Part shown: positions 25,274-35,649 of the stretch, piece after piece
Layout of the letters: every line of letters begins with the position of its first letter
Numbering within the stretch: position 1 is the first letter of the stretch
DNA from: Azolla caroliniana
Lineage: Eukaryota > Plantae > Polypodiophyta
Assembly (NCBI GenBank): GCA_043228905.1
Contig: JBHGNT010000016.1
Span: 6,262,001-6,326,000 of the forward strand
DNA: 64,000 nt
Direction of reading: 5' to 3'
Program-made: the position numbers and the translations under genes
Notes under the pieces: generated by a model
Databases searched by the model: none
The model's input: the letters and a program-made list of their open reading frames with translations, nothing else
What the model was told of the DNA's origin: nothing

Positions 25274-28200
25274 TCATTCCTCGCCCGTCGGTTCTTCCTC
25301 CTTTTCGGATCGTTCGTCACTGCTGACTAGGAGAGCCGGGTCTGGCTCGTCGTCGTGTCGCTTCTTGAACGCTTTGATCCGCTTCCCTGCAACCGGTATC
25401 GCCATTCTCGTGCCGTCGAGTTCCGCCAGGTGATATGTCCCGTTGTCATTGGCGCTCCGTACCACGTAAGGCCCGAACCACCTTCGTGCGAACTTCCGTG
25501 TAGCTCGGTGCTGGTTGTCGAGGCTGCTGTCGTAGACGAGCACCCAGTCACCTTCTTCGATTTTCTTCGGTCGGAGCCGGTGCGTTCGGTCGAACCTGGC
25601 TTTGTTCTTTGTCCTCGCCACCCGGAGCTTCTCCGCAGCCAGTTCCACGTCCTCCGGTCTCCGCTCGAGCTGTCGTATACGCGCGGCCAACAACTCCTCC
25701 CGGCTCATCTCGTCCCTCCAGTCGACCGTTGCCCATGAGGAGATCGTCCGTTCCATCGGCATGATCGGCTTCTGGCCGAACATGAGCTCCGTCGGCATGT
25801 ACCCGGTTACCGAACTGTGCGTAGTCCGGTCTGCCCACAAAGCATAAGGTAGCAGCCGCGGCCAGTCACCGACTCGGCCTCCGCATGCCCGAACCAACGC
25901 CTTGACGATCGGTCCGTGTCCGCACTCCACCTTTCCATTCGCCTCCGGATTGTACGCAGTGGTGAGCGAGAGCTTGACTCCCAACCGGTCGAACAGCTCC
26001 GCGGCTTCTTCGGCGTCCAACTCCCCTCGGTCAGCCACGATCTTCCCGATGCACCCGTACCGGCATATCACGTCCTCGATTACGAACCGACATACGGCCG
26101 CGGTCGTTTTGTTCGGAAGGGCCCGGCCTTCCACCTGGTTCGTCAGATCCTCCCGCGCTAGGACCAGGTACCGCATCTGTCCTACTCCCATTGGCATCGT
26201 TACCAGATCTACCATCCATTTGAAATGGATGGCCGGAGGGTACGTAGGGTGAAGGTCGTCTCGATGTCGGACTATGGAGTGCATCTAACAGCTCTCGCAA
26301 GTTGTCACGAACCGATGCACGTCCCGGTACTGCCCCGGCCACCAATACTTCCCCTTCAGTTTCTCAAACGTAGCCCATGTTCCACGGTGTCCAGCCCAAG
26401 GGCTGTCGTGGTAGGCTGCTAGCAGCTCCTCCTGATCTTCCTTCATTGCCACCACCCGGAGTGGGACGTCGTTCCTCTTCTTCGGGTGCTTCCACAAGTA
26501 TCCATCCCGGAGAAAGAACCGGTACGCTTTCTTCCGGATCCGGTTGGCCTCGTCCTTCGTCCATGACGCATCGGGCGTCATTGTCTTCAAAAACCCACCG
26601 ATCTGCAGCCACTCCCCGTCGTACTTGCTCGCGTCGAAGTCGTTAAGCGCCGGAGTGCTTGTTCCGTCGGTTGTTACATACGCAGTTTCGAAGAAGTCCA
26701 CGCCGACCTCTTCGTCCTCCGAAACCATGCCGCCCTCGTCATCGAATCTCGCCCTTGAAAGCATGTCGGCCATGGCGTTGTCTTTCCCGGAAATGTGTCG
26801 TATTTCCGGGTCTAGGAACTTGATGTACGCTATCCACCTGAGCATTGCCAGGTCCGGCGTCGCGCATCCGGAAACCATGCCGAGAATCGGCATGCAATCC
26901 GTCTCTATGATTACCTCTGTCCCGATCAGATAGTCCTTGTAGGCCTTCACCGCCGAAACGATACCCCAGAGTTCGCGTTTAACCTGGGCGTATCCTCGCT
27001 GCCGCTCACTGAGGACCTTCGCGCCGAATCGGATCGGAAACCGATTGCCGTCCTCGTCTTCTTGGTTGACGACCCACCCGATTCCGGTCGGACTCGTGTC
27101 AACCGTTATGTACACTGGGGTGCCCTTCCTGTAGACGGCCTTTCGGAGCGCCGGTGCTGCCGAAAGAGCCTCCTTCAGCTTCCGGACCGACTCCGTGTGC
27201 TTGTCAAGCCATTCGAATCTTCGCCCTTTCTTCAACAATCCGTACAGCGGCTCCGCGACGTGCGCGTAATGCGGGATCCATATGTGGTAGAAGGCGCATG
27301 CTCCCAAGAATCTTCCTACTTCCGTGACCGAGCTGCAATCAGGCTTCATCGCGGAGATGGCTTCTACCTTTGCCGGAGACGGTTTCCGGCCATATGGTCC
27401 ACATAAATGTCCGACCACCATGATTTCCGACTGCCCGAAGGCTGACTTCTCCCCTGAGAAGGTGAGCCTCGCATCCTCCAGCCTTTGCAGCACCTTCTCG
27501 CAGTCGTCGATGTGCGTCATCACGAACCGCCGGCATCCACCCGGCCCGATCATCTCGTCCTTCTCTTCTACCGGGCATCCCTTGATCAGGATGTCGTCTA
27601 GAAACGGCATGGTGATGTCCGGGATGCAGTCCCTCAGCACCTTGTTCATTGCATTCACCATGTGGGCCACCGAGTTGGTCCCTCCTTGCGGCAGCGTACA
27701 CATCCGCACTAGGCCGAGGGGAGTTCGCATCGTCGTAATGTCTCTGCTCTCCACGGCTAGCTGGAACTGGTCGTACCCTGAGTATAGATCACCGACCGAG
27801 TAAATCGACCTTCCGGCGAAGGCCTCCGCGAACTCGTCTATGGTCGGTCCGATCCCTGCGTTCCGAATGGTCACTCTGTTGACCGGCTGCAGGTCCTGAA
27901 TGAAGCGCAATGATCCGTTTTTCTTTGGTACGGTAAACCATCGGTTTGAATACGGGGCGCTCGACGGCTCGAGAATGCCCATATCAACTTTCTGCTTCAA
28001 CAGCTCCATCAACTTCGGGATGTGAGCTCTCGGAACCGGAATTGGCTTGAGATTCCACGGTACATGCGGTACCGTGAATATCACCATCGGTTCTACTATC
28101 GTCGGGTCTACGCACCCGATTTCCTCCGGTGAGAATGCGAAGGCTTTCCCGTGCCTTCCGAGCATTCTCCGAAACCGGTCTTCCTCCGCCGGTAGTAGGA

Positions 28201-28760
28201 GCCCGCCCCCACCGATTTTGAGCTCCCGGAGCGTCTCGTTGGTGAAGGTGTGTCCTATGCAGGCCGGATCTCGTAAGCTGGGGTCCGATGCAACCCCTTT
28301 GATTCGCGACTCGCTGCCCTCCGGTAAGGGCGCCGCAACTGGCCTCACCTTCCGGTCCACAGTCTTGTACTTGGTGCTAACTCGGGCCGTCCGTTCCGAC
28401 TCGAGCCCTCGACCGAAGTCCGCGATGACTTCGTACATTTCTTCGGAACATACCGGTATCGTCCGGTCTTCGTTAAGGTCTTCTTCGACTACCTTCCCCA
28501 GCATTCCCAAGGTGTCGTCGAAGGAGACTGCCTCCACGGCTCCGTTGATTTCTTCGTCAGGGCCGAGAACTCCGCACGCCCGAAGTCTCCCCTCCGTCTT
28601 TGTTTTCTCTCGGCCGGCGATGCCGACCATCGTACATGCTCCGCTGTCGGAGAAGCAAAATTTCCTACCTATTGTACACGGTTTTATCGTGCAGATGTGG
28701 GATTTTCCCGGAGCATCCGGACTGTCGCGGCCTCACGCCTTGGCAGTCCTCTCTAAAAAT
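25274..28760 (-). pseudogene. pol: E3 pol (RT-RNaseH-IN), one nonsense codon at 26285
   Basis: ORFs 26285-28630 and 25274-26284 are in frame and nearly identical to E4 Pol; CAG>TAG. Confidence 0.92.
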
Positions 28761-30501
28761 CCTCTCAGTTTTCGGAACCGAGGGAGTCGCGGTTACGTTC
28801 GTGGTTCGGCCGTACCGTCAGAAACTGGACCGAATGGCGCCCGTCTTGGCTTTTGACCCTCGCGTAGGCCGAACCATTGTCCAGCACCTTGGTCTCCATT
28901 CGCGTCGCTGTGATGTACGGCTCTCCCAGTATGACCGGATGCGAAGACGTCTCCTACACGAAGAAGTGTTGGTCAATCTCGACGTCGTCGATCTTAACTC
29001 GCACATTCGGACAGGCCCCGTGCAGTTCCTCGGTGGCGCGCGTTGCTGCCCTTATTTTCCACCCGTGCTTGGTGTTGATCGGCCATTTGCCCTTCTTATA
29101 GAAGTCCATGGACATCAAATTGATCTCCGATCCATGGTCCACCAAAGCTATCGCCGGTTCCTGGACATCGCCGATCGTCCTGGGCCCGGTCGTCCCGGGT
29201 TTCCCCACCCGCTTCTCTTCTACCAGGGCCTCGTAGTTCTGGCAAGCGGCTTCCACGAAGCCCGTCTTTTCCTCGACAGGGTCGCTCCACCCGGTCATCT
29301 CCCGTACCCGTTTCTCCGCACGGTCCGATTCCTCCCTTTTAAGCCTTGCACCGGCAAGGCCTTCCAGCATCGTCGGCCAGAATCCGGCTTTGCTTTCCCT
29401 TCGGGCCTCGCCGCCCCCGACTCGAATGCCGGCCGACGCCGAGTAGTGGACGGTTTCCGCGTGTCGGGCCGCCACCTCTTCCATCAACCTTTTCATACCA
29501 CCTCGCCCGTCGTTTCGGCTCAGGGCCCTTCGGGTGTCGCTGGCATGAACCCGTCCTTCCCACAGGTACACCACCCTGTTCCTCAGCGCCTCCGCGAAGT
29601 CGCCGCAGTCCTTCCGAATGTGGCCGACTTCATCGCACCACATGCACTTGTTTCCTGCCGCCGGCCGTCGGTCACGAGCCGGTTCGCCACCTTCCCTTCG
29701 GGCTTGCGCGATTTGGAGGTCCTTTATCGCCCTCGTCAATTCCTCCAGCGCCGCTCCTCCGGTTGAGCCTCTGACTACGCCGGTCGAAGCCGAACCGGTT
29801 TCCAACCACTCTCGGGTCTCTTCCTTTCGCACCTGTGGCGCTGGTTCGAGCTTCCTTGCCGCGACCGAGCCCGACCCGGCTGCCCCGTTATCCGCCCATT
29901 CTCGCCGTTTGTCGAAACGACCACAGACTTTCTTGACAGCCACCTAGTCGGTAGTGAGCCCGTCTTCGGTTTCCAGCAAGAGGCCCACGTGCTCCCGATC
30001 CCGCTCGTCGACCGACTTGACAAACAGCAAGACCCGGCTCGTGTCCAGGATGGTTCGGTCGAGCGCCGAAAGGCGCGCAAAGTTTTCCTCGAACTCCCGG
30101 AGGAGTGCCGACGCGTTTCTTCCCTTCCCCGTGGACTCCACCCATTCCATGAACCTTCGCTTCGAAAGCCGGAGCGCGTCGTCCAGCCCGTATTTCTCTA
30201 GGAGCCGACCTTCGAACTCCTCCCAAGTACGGCTCTCCGCCCGCACCTCGAGCACCTCCGCATGGATGCTCGGCATCGCCACTCGGGGAAATCCGCCAAG
30301 ACGCCTTTCTTCCGGAATGTCCCGCATCAGCATCTCTGCACCGTAGGACGCCAAATACTTCGTGGCATCCTTCCCATCGAACCAGCCGATCGTGCCGACG
30401 ACCGCCTCAATAGCTCTGTCGAGGGCACCGGTGCCCTCGCGCGCGTTTACAATCCGATCCACGGCCGAAGCCATGGCCTCTGCAAGATCCGACCCCCTCA
30501 T
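28753..30501 (-). pseudogene. gag: E3 gag-protease, two nonsense codons and an in-frame internal deletion
   Basis: Stops at 29944 and 28954; TTGP joined to IGDVQEP. Confidence 0.92.
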
Positions 30502-32089
30502 CTTCTGCTCTTCTGCCGCCTCCTTCACGTCGGGTTCACCAAAGATGTCGAGATATTACGCAAGTGCGTGTGGAATCGAGGCGGGACCGCGGGGGTCTCG
30601 AACCAAAGAGCAAGCGAGGGAGGAGAAAGAGAGACAACCGGCTACGCAGGACCGGGGATACACAGGGACACGGCCCTTCAGCACGGAGAACGCGAACAGA
30701 CACCGACACAGACAGATGCGAATGACTAAATATGTATATTAACAAAATGGCTAACACGACTACAACCCTCGATGGGGCACAGGTTGGTTACAACCGAACA
30801 GGCCGGCGAACAGATGCCGATGCCTGTTCGCTTCGACGCACAAAAGGGGGGGGGGGGGGGGTAGCAGGTCGGAGGTGCTGCCGGAAGCACTCGGGCGTTC
30901 CTCGAAACAGCGCGAGCCTCCTCGGAACCCTGCACAGAAAGCTATGGAGCTCAAGAAGGAAGGAGACAGAGGGAGGAGCGTCCAGAAACGGTCCGACAGC
31001 ACTTCGTCCTCTCAGCCCGGGGATCCCTGCAACAGCTCTTTCCTGCTCCTTATATAGGCCGATGAGCAGGCCGTCATGTCAGCTTTATTCCCTGTCCCTT
31101 TCGAACAGGGATCCGCTCCGTTCTTCGCGCATCCGCGTAGTTACGCCGCCGATTCGTACAGTTCCTTAGCTCGCGCGCGCGACCGACAAGACTGTTCGCG
31201 CAGTCTTTGTCTCCACTTGTGTTAGGGCCCGTTCCCGCCGATTATCCTCCTAATTCGCTTCTATGTACAACTTGGAGCGCGCGCGCGTTGTCTAGATATT
31301 ACGCAAGTGCGTGTGGAAACGAGGCGGGACCGCGGGGGTCTCGAACCAAAGAGCAAGCGAGGGAGGATAAAGAGGGAGAACCGGCTACGCAGGACCGGGG
31401 TTTCACAGGGACACGGCCCTTCAGCACGGAGAACGCGAACGGACACCGACACAGATAGATGCGAATGACTAAATATGTATATTAAAAAAAAAAATGGCTA
31501 GCACGACTACAACCCCCGGTGGGGCACAGGTTGGTTACAACCGAACAGGCCGGCGAACAGATGCCGATGCATGTTCGCTTCAACGCACAAAGGGGAGGTA
31601 GCAGGTCGGAGGTGCTGCCGGAAGCACTCGGGCGTTCCTCGAAACAGCGCGAGCCTCCTCGGAACCCTGCACAGAGAAGCTATGGAGCTCAAGAAGGAAG
31701 GAAACAGAGAGAGAAGCCTCCAGAAACGGTCCGACAGCACTTCCTCCTCTCTGCGCGATCCCCCCCTCAAACAGCTCTTTCCTGCTCCTTATATATCTCG
31801 ACGAGCAGGCCGTCATGTCAGCTTTATCCCCTGTCCCTTTCGAACAGGGATCCGCTCCGTTCTTCACGCATACGCGTAGTTACGCCGCCGACTCGTGCCG
31901 TCCCTTAGCTCGCGCGCGCGACCGAAAAGACTGTTCGCGCTGTCTTTGTCTCCACTCGTGTTAGGGCCCGTTCCTGCCGATTACCCTCCTAACTCGCTTC
32001 TATGTTCGACTTGGAGCGTGCGGGCGTGAGGAACCGGTTCCCACGCCTCGGTCTGCCGATTCCGCTTATGGACGGTTTTCTTCACGACA

Positions 32090-32108
32090 TCCGCCCCCAC
32101 CTAACCGC
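32090..32108 (-). promoter_or_regulatory. E4 polypurine tract
   Basis: GCGGTTAGGTGGGGGCGGA abutting the 3' LTR; near-identical tracts in E0, E1, E2, E3. Confidence 0.85.
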
Positions 32109-32160
32109 GCATCCTCCGGTATGCGCCAAGAGAGTTGGGACGGAGAAAACCGGCACGTCT

Positions 32161-35100
32161 TCATTCCTCGCCTGTCGGTTCTTCCTCGTTTTCGGATCGT
32201 TCGTCACTGCTGACCAGGAGAGCCAGGTCTGGCTCGTCGTCGTGTCGCTTCTTGAACGCTTTGATCCGCTTCCCTGCAACCGGTATCGCCATTCTCGTGC
32301 CGTCGAGTTCCGCCAGGTGATATGTCCCGTTGTCATTGGCGCTCCGTACCACGTAAGGCCCGAACCACCTTCGTGCGAACTTCCGTGTAGCTCGGTGCTG
32401 GTTGTCGAGGCTGCTGTCGTAGACGAGCACCCAGTCACCTTCTTCGATTTTCTTCGGTCGGAGCCGGTGCGTTCGGTCGAACCTGGCTTTGTTCTTTTTC
32501 CTCGCCACCCGGAGCTTCTCCGCAGCCAGTTCCACGTCCTCCGGTCTCCGCTCGAGCTGTCGTATGCGCGCGGCCAACAACTCCTCCCGGCTCATCTCGT
32601 CCCTCCAGTCGACCGTTGCCCACGAGGAGATCGTCCGTTCCATCGGCATGATCGGCTTCTGGCCGAACATGAGCTCCGTCGGCATGTACCCGGTTACCGA
32701 ACTGTGCGTGGTCCGGTCTGCCCACAAAGCATAAGGTAGCAGCCGCGGCCAGTCACCGACTCGGCCTCCGCATGCCCGAACCAACGCCTTGACGATCGGT
32801 CCGTGTCCGCACTCCACCTTTCCATTCGCCTCCGGATTGTACGCAGTGGTGAGCGAGAGCTTGACTCCCAGCCGGTCGAACAGCTCCGCGGCTTCTTCGG
32901 CGTCCAACTCCCCTCGGTCAGCCACGATCTTCCCGACGCACCCGTACCGGCATATCACGTCCTCGATTAGGAACCGGCATACGGCCGCGGTCGTTTTGTT
33001 CGGAAGGGCCCGGCCATCCACCTGGTTCGTCAGATCCTCCCGCGCTAGGACCAGGTACCGCATCTGTCCTACCCCCATTGGCATCGTCACCAGATCTACC
33101 ATCCATTTGAAGTGGATGGTCGGAGGGTACGTGGGGTGAAGCTCGTCCCGATGTCGGACTATGGAGTGCATCTGACAGCTCTCGCAAGTTGTCACGAACC
33201 GATGCACGTCCCGGTACTGCCCCGGCCACCAATACTTCCCCTTCAGTTTCTCAAACGTAGCCCATGTTCCACGGTGTCCAGCCCAAGGGCTGTCGTGGTA
33301 GGCCGTCAGCAGCTCCTCCTGTTCTTCCTTCATCGCCACCACCCGGAGCGGAGCGCCGTCCCTCTTCTTCGGGTGCTTCCATAGATAGCCATCCCGGAGA
33401 AAGAACCGGTACGCTTTCTTCCGGATCCGGTTGGCCTCGTCCTTCGTCCATGACGCATCGGGCGTCATTGTCTTCAAAAACCCACCGATCTGCAGCCACT
33501 CCCCGTCGTACTTGCTCGCGTCGAAGTCGTTAAGCGCCGGAGTGCTTGTTCCGTCGGTTGTTACATACGCAGTCTCGAAGAAGTCCACGCCGACCTCTTC
33601 GTCCTCCGAAACCATGCCGCCCTCGTCATCGAATCTCGCCCTTGAAAGCATGTCGGCCATGGCGTTGTCTTTCCCGGAAATGTGTCGTATTTCCGGGTCC
33701 AGGGACTTGATGTACGCTATCCACCTGAGCATTGCCAGGTCCGGCGTCGCGCATCCGGAAATCATGCCGAGAATCGGCATGCAATCCGTCTCTATGATTA
33801 CCTCTGTCCCGATCAGATAGTCCTTGTCGGCCTTCACCGCCGAAACGATACCCCAGAGTTCGCGTTTAACCTGGGCGTATCCTCGCTGCCGTTCGCTGAG
33901 GACCTTCGCGCCGAATCGGATCGGAAACCGATTGCCATCCCCGTCTTCTTGGTTGACGACCCACCCGATTCCGGTCGGACTCGTGTCAACCGTTATGTAC
34001 ATTGGGGTGCCCTTCCCGGAGACGGCCTTTCGGAGCGCCGGTGCTGCCGAAAGAGCCTCCTTCAGCTTCCGGACCGACTCCGTGTGCTTGTCAAGCCATT
34101 CGAATCTTCGCCCTTTCTTCAATAATCCGTACAGCGGCTCCGCGACGTGCGCGTAATGCGGGATCCATATGTGGTAGAAGGCGCATGCCCCCAAGAATCT
34201 TCGTACTTCCGTGACCGAGCTGCAATCAAGCTTCATCGCGGAGATGGCTTCTATCTTTGCCGGAGACGGTCTCCGGCCATATGGTCCACATAAATGTCCG
34301 ACCACCATGATTTCCGACTGCCCGAAGGCTGACTTCTCCCCCGAGAAGGTGAGCCTCGCATCCTCTAGCCTTTGTAGCACCTTCTCGCAGTCGTCGATGT
34401 GCGTTACCACGAATCGCCGGCATCCGTCCGGCCCGATCGTCTCGTCCTTCTCTTCTTCCGGGCATCCCTTGATCGGGATGTCGTCTAGAAACGGCATGGT
34501 GATGTCCGGGATGCAGTCCCTCAGCACCTTGTTCATTGCATTCACCATGTGGGCCACCGAGTTGGTCCCTCCTTGCGGCAGCGTACACATCCGCACTAGG
34601 CCGAGGGGAGTTCGCATCGTCGTAATGTCTCTGCTCTCCACGGCTAGCTGGAACTGGTCGTACCCTGAATATAGATCACCGACCGAGTAAATCGACCTTC
34701 CGGCGAAGGCCTCCGCGAACTCGTCTATGGTCGGTCCGATCCCTGCATTCCGAATGGTCACCCTATTGACCGGTTGCAGGTCCTGAATGAAGCGCAATGA
34801 TCCGTTTTTCTTTGGTACGGTAAACCACCGGTTCGAGTACGGGGCGCTCGACGGCTCGAGAATGCCCATATCAACTTTCTGCTTCAACAGCTCCATCAAC
34901 TTCGGGATGTGAGCTCTCGGAACCGGAATTGGCTTGAGATTCCACGGTACATGCGGTACCGTGAATATCACCATCGGCTCTACGATCGTCGGGTCTACGC
35001 ACCCGATTTCCTCCGGTGAGAATGTGAAGGCTTTCCCGTGCCTTCCGAGCATCCTCCGAAACCGGTCTTCCTCCACCGGCAGTAGGAACCCGCCCCCACC

Positions 35101-35649
35101 GATCTTCAGCTCGCGGAGCGTCTCGTTGGTGAAGGTGTGTCCTATGCAGGCCGGATCCCGTAAGCTGGGGTCCGATGCAACCCCTTTGATTCGGGATTCG
35201 CTGCCCTCCGGTAAGGGCGCCGCAACTGGCCTCACCTTCCGGTCCACAGTCTTGTACTTGGTGCTAACTCGGGCCGTCCGTTCCGACTCGAGCCCTCGAC
35301 CGAAGTCCGCGATGACTTCGTACATTTCTTCGGAACATACCGGTATCGTCCGGTCCTCGATAAGGTCTTCTTCGACTACCCTCCCCAGCATTCCCAAGGT
35401 GTCGTCGAAGGAGACTGCTTCCACGGCTCCGTTGATTTCTTCGTCAGGGCCGAGAACTCCGCACGCCCGAAGTCTCCCCTCCGTCTTTGTTTTCTCTCGG
35501 CCGGTGATGCCGACCAACGTACATGCTCCGCTGTCGGAGAAGCAAAATTTCCTACCTATTGTACACGGTTTTATCGTACTGATGTGGGGTTTTCCCGGAG
35601 CATCCGGACTGTCGCGGCCCCACGCCTTGGCAGTCCTCTCTAAAAATCC
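32161..35649 (-). CDS. pol: E4 Pol (RT-RNaseH-integrase, no chromodomain), entered by predicted -1 frameshift
   Basis: Frame open from 35679 to 32161; LPQG/FLDD RT, TVDTS RNaseH, HHCC + DDE + GPY integrase. Confidence 0.95.
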   Translation of the reverse strand, partial: GFLERTAKAWGRDSPDAPGKPHISTIKPCTIGRKFCFSDSGACTLVGITGREKTKTEGRLRACGVLGPDEEINGAVEAVSFDDTLGMLGRVVEEDLIEDRTIPVCSEEMYEVIADFGRGLESERTARVSTKYKTVDRKVRPVAAPLPEGSESRIKGVASDPSLRDPACIGHTFTNETLRELKIGGGGFLLPVEEDRFRRMLGRHGKAFTFSPEEIGCVDPTIVEPMVIFTVPHVPWNLKPIPVPRAHIPKLMELLKQKVDMGILEPSSAPYSNRWFTVPKKNGSLRFIQDLQPVNRVTIRNAGIGPTIDEFAEAFAGRSIYSVGDLYSGYDQFQLAVESRDITTMRTPLGLVRMCTLPQGGTNSVAHMVNAMNKVLRDCIPDITMPFLDDIPIKGCPEEEKDETIGPDGCRRFVVTHIDDCEKVLQRLEDARLTFSGEKSAFGQSEIMVVGHLCGPYGRRPSPAKIEAISAMKLDCSSVTEVRRFLGACAFYHIWIPHYAHVAEPLYGLLKKGRRFEWLDKHTESVRKLKEALSAAPALRKAVSGKGTPMYITVDTSPTGIGWVVNQEDGDGNRFPIRFGAKVLSERQRGYAQVKRELWGIVSAVKADKDYLIGTEVIIETDCMPILGMISGCATPDLAMLRWIAYIKSLDPEIRHISGKDNAMADMLSRARFDDEGGMVSEDEEVGVDFFETAYVTTDGTSTPALNDFDASKYDGEWLQIGGFLKTMTPDASWTKDEANRIRKKAYRFFLRDGYLWKHPKKRDGAPLRVVAMKEEQEELLTAYHDSPWAGHRGTWATFEKLKGKYWWPGQYRDVHRFVTTCESCQMHSIVRHRDELHPTYPPTIHFKWMVDLVTMPMGVGQMRYLVLAREDLTNQVDGRALPNKTTAAVCRFLIEDVICRYGCVGKIVADRGELDAEEAAELFDRLGVKLSLTTAYNPEANGKVECGHGPIVKALVRACGGRVGDWPRLLPYALWADRTTHSSVTGYMPTELMFGQKPIMPMERTISSWATVDWRDEMSREELLAARIRQLERRPEDVELAAEKLRVARKKNKARFDRTHRLRPKKIEEGDWVLVYDSSLDNQHRATRKFARRWFGPYVVRSANDNGTYHLAELDGTRMAIPVAGKRIKAFKKRHDDEPDLALLVSSDERSENEEEPTGEE
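35584..35649 (-). promoter_or_regulatory. Predicted -1 ribosomal frameshift signal: G_GAU_UUU, 6-nt spacer, H-type pseudoknot
   Basis: GGATTTT-TAGAGA-GGACTG..GTGGGG..CAGTCC..CCCCAC; equivalent at E1 23484-23548 and E3 about 28697-28762. Confidence 0.8.

Noticed and set aside
34480-34497. FLDD instead of YxDD as a dead or novel RT
   Set aside because: FxDD is common in plant gypsy RTs and also occurs in the unrelated gypsy element at about 52830
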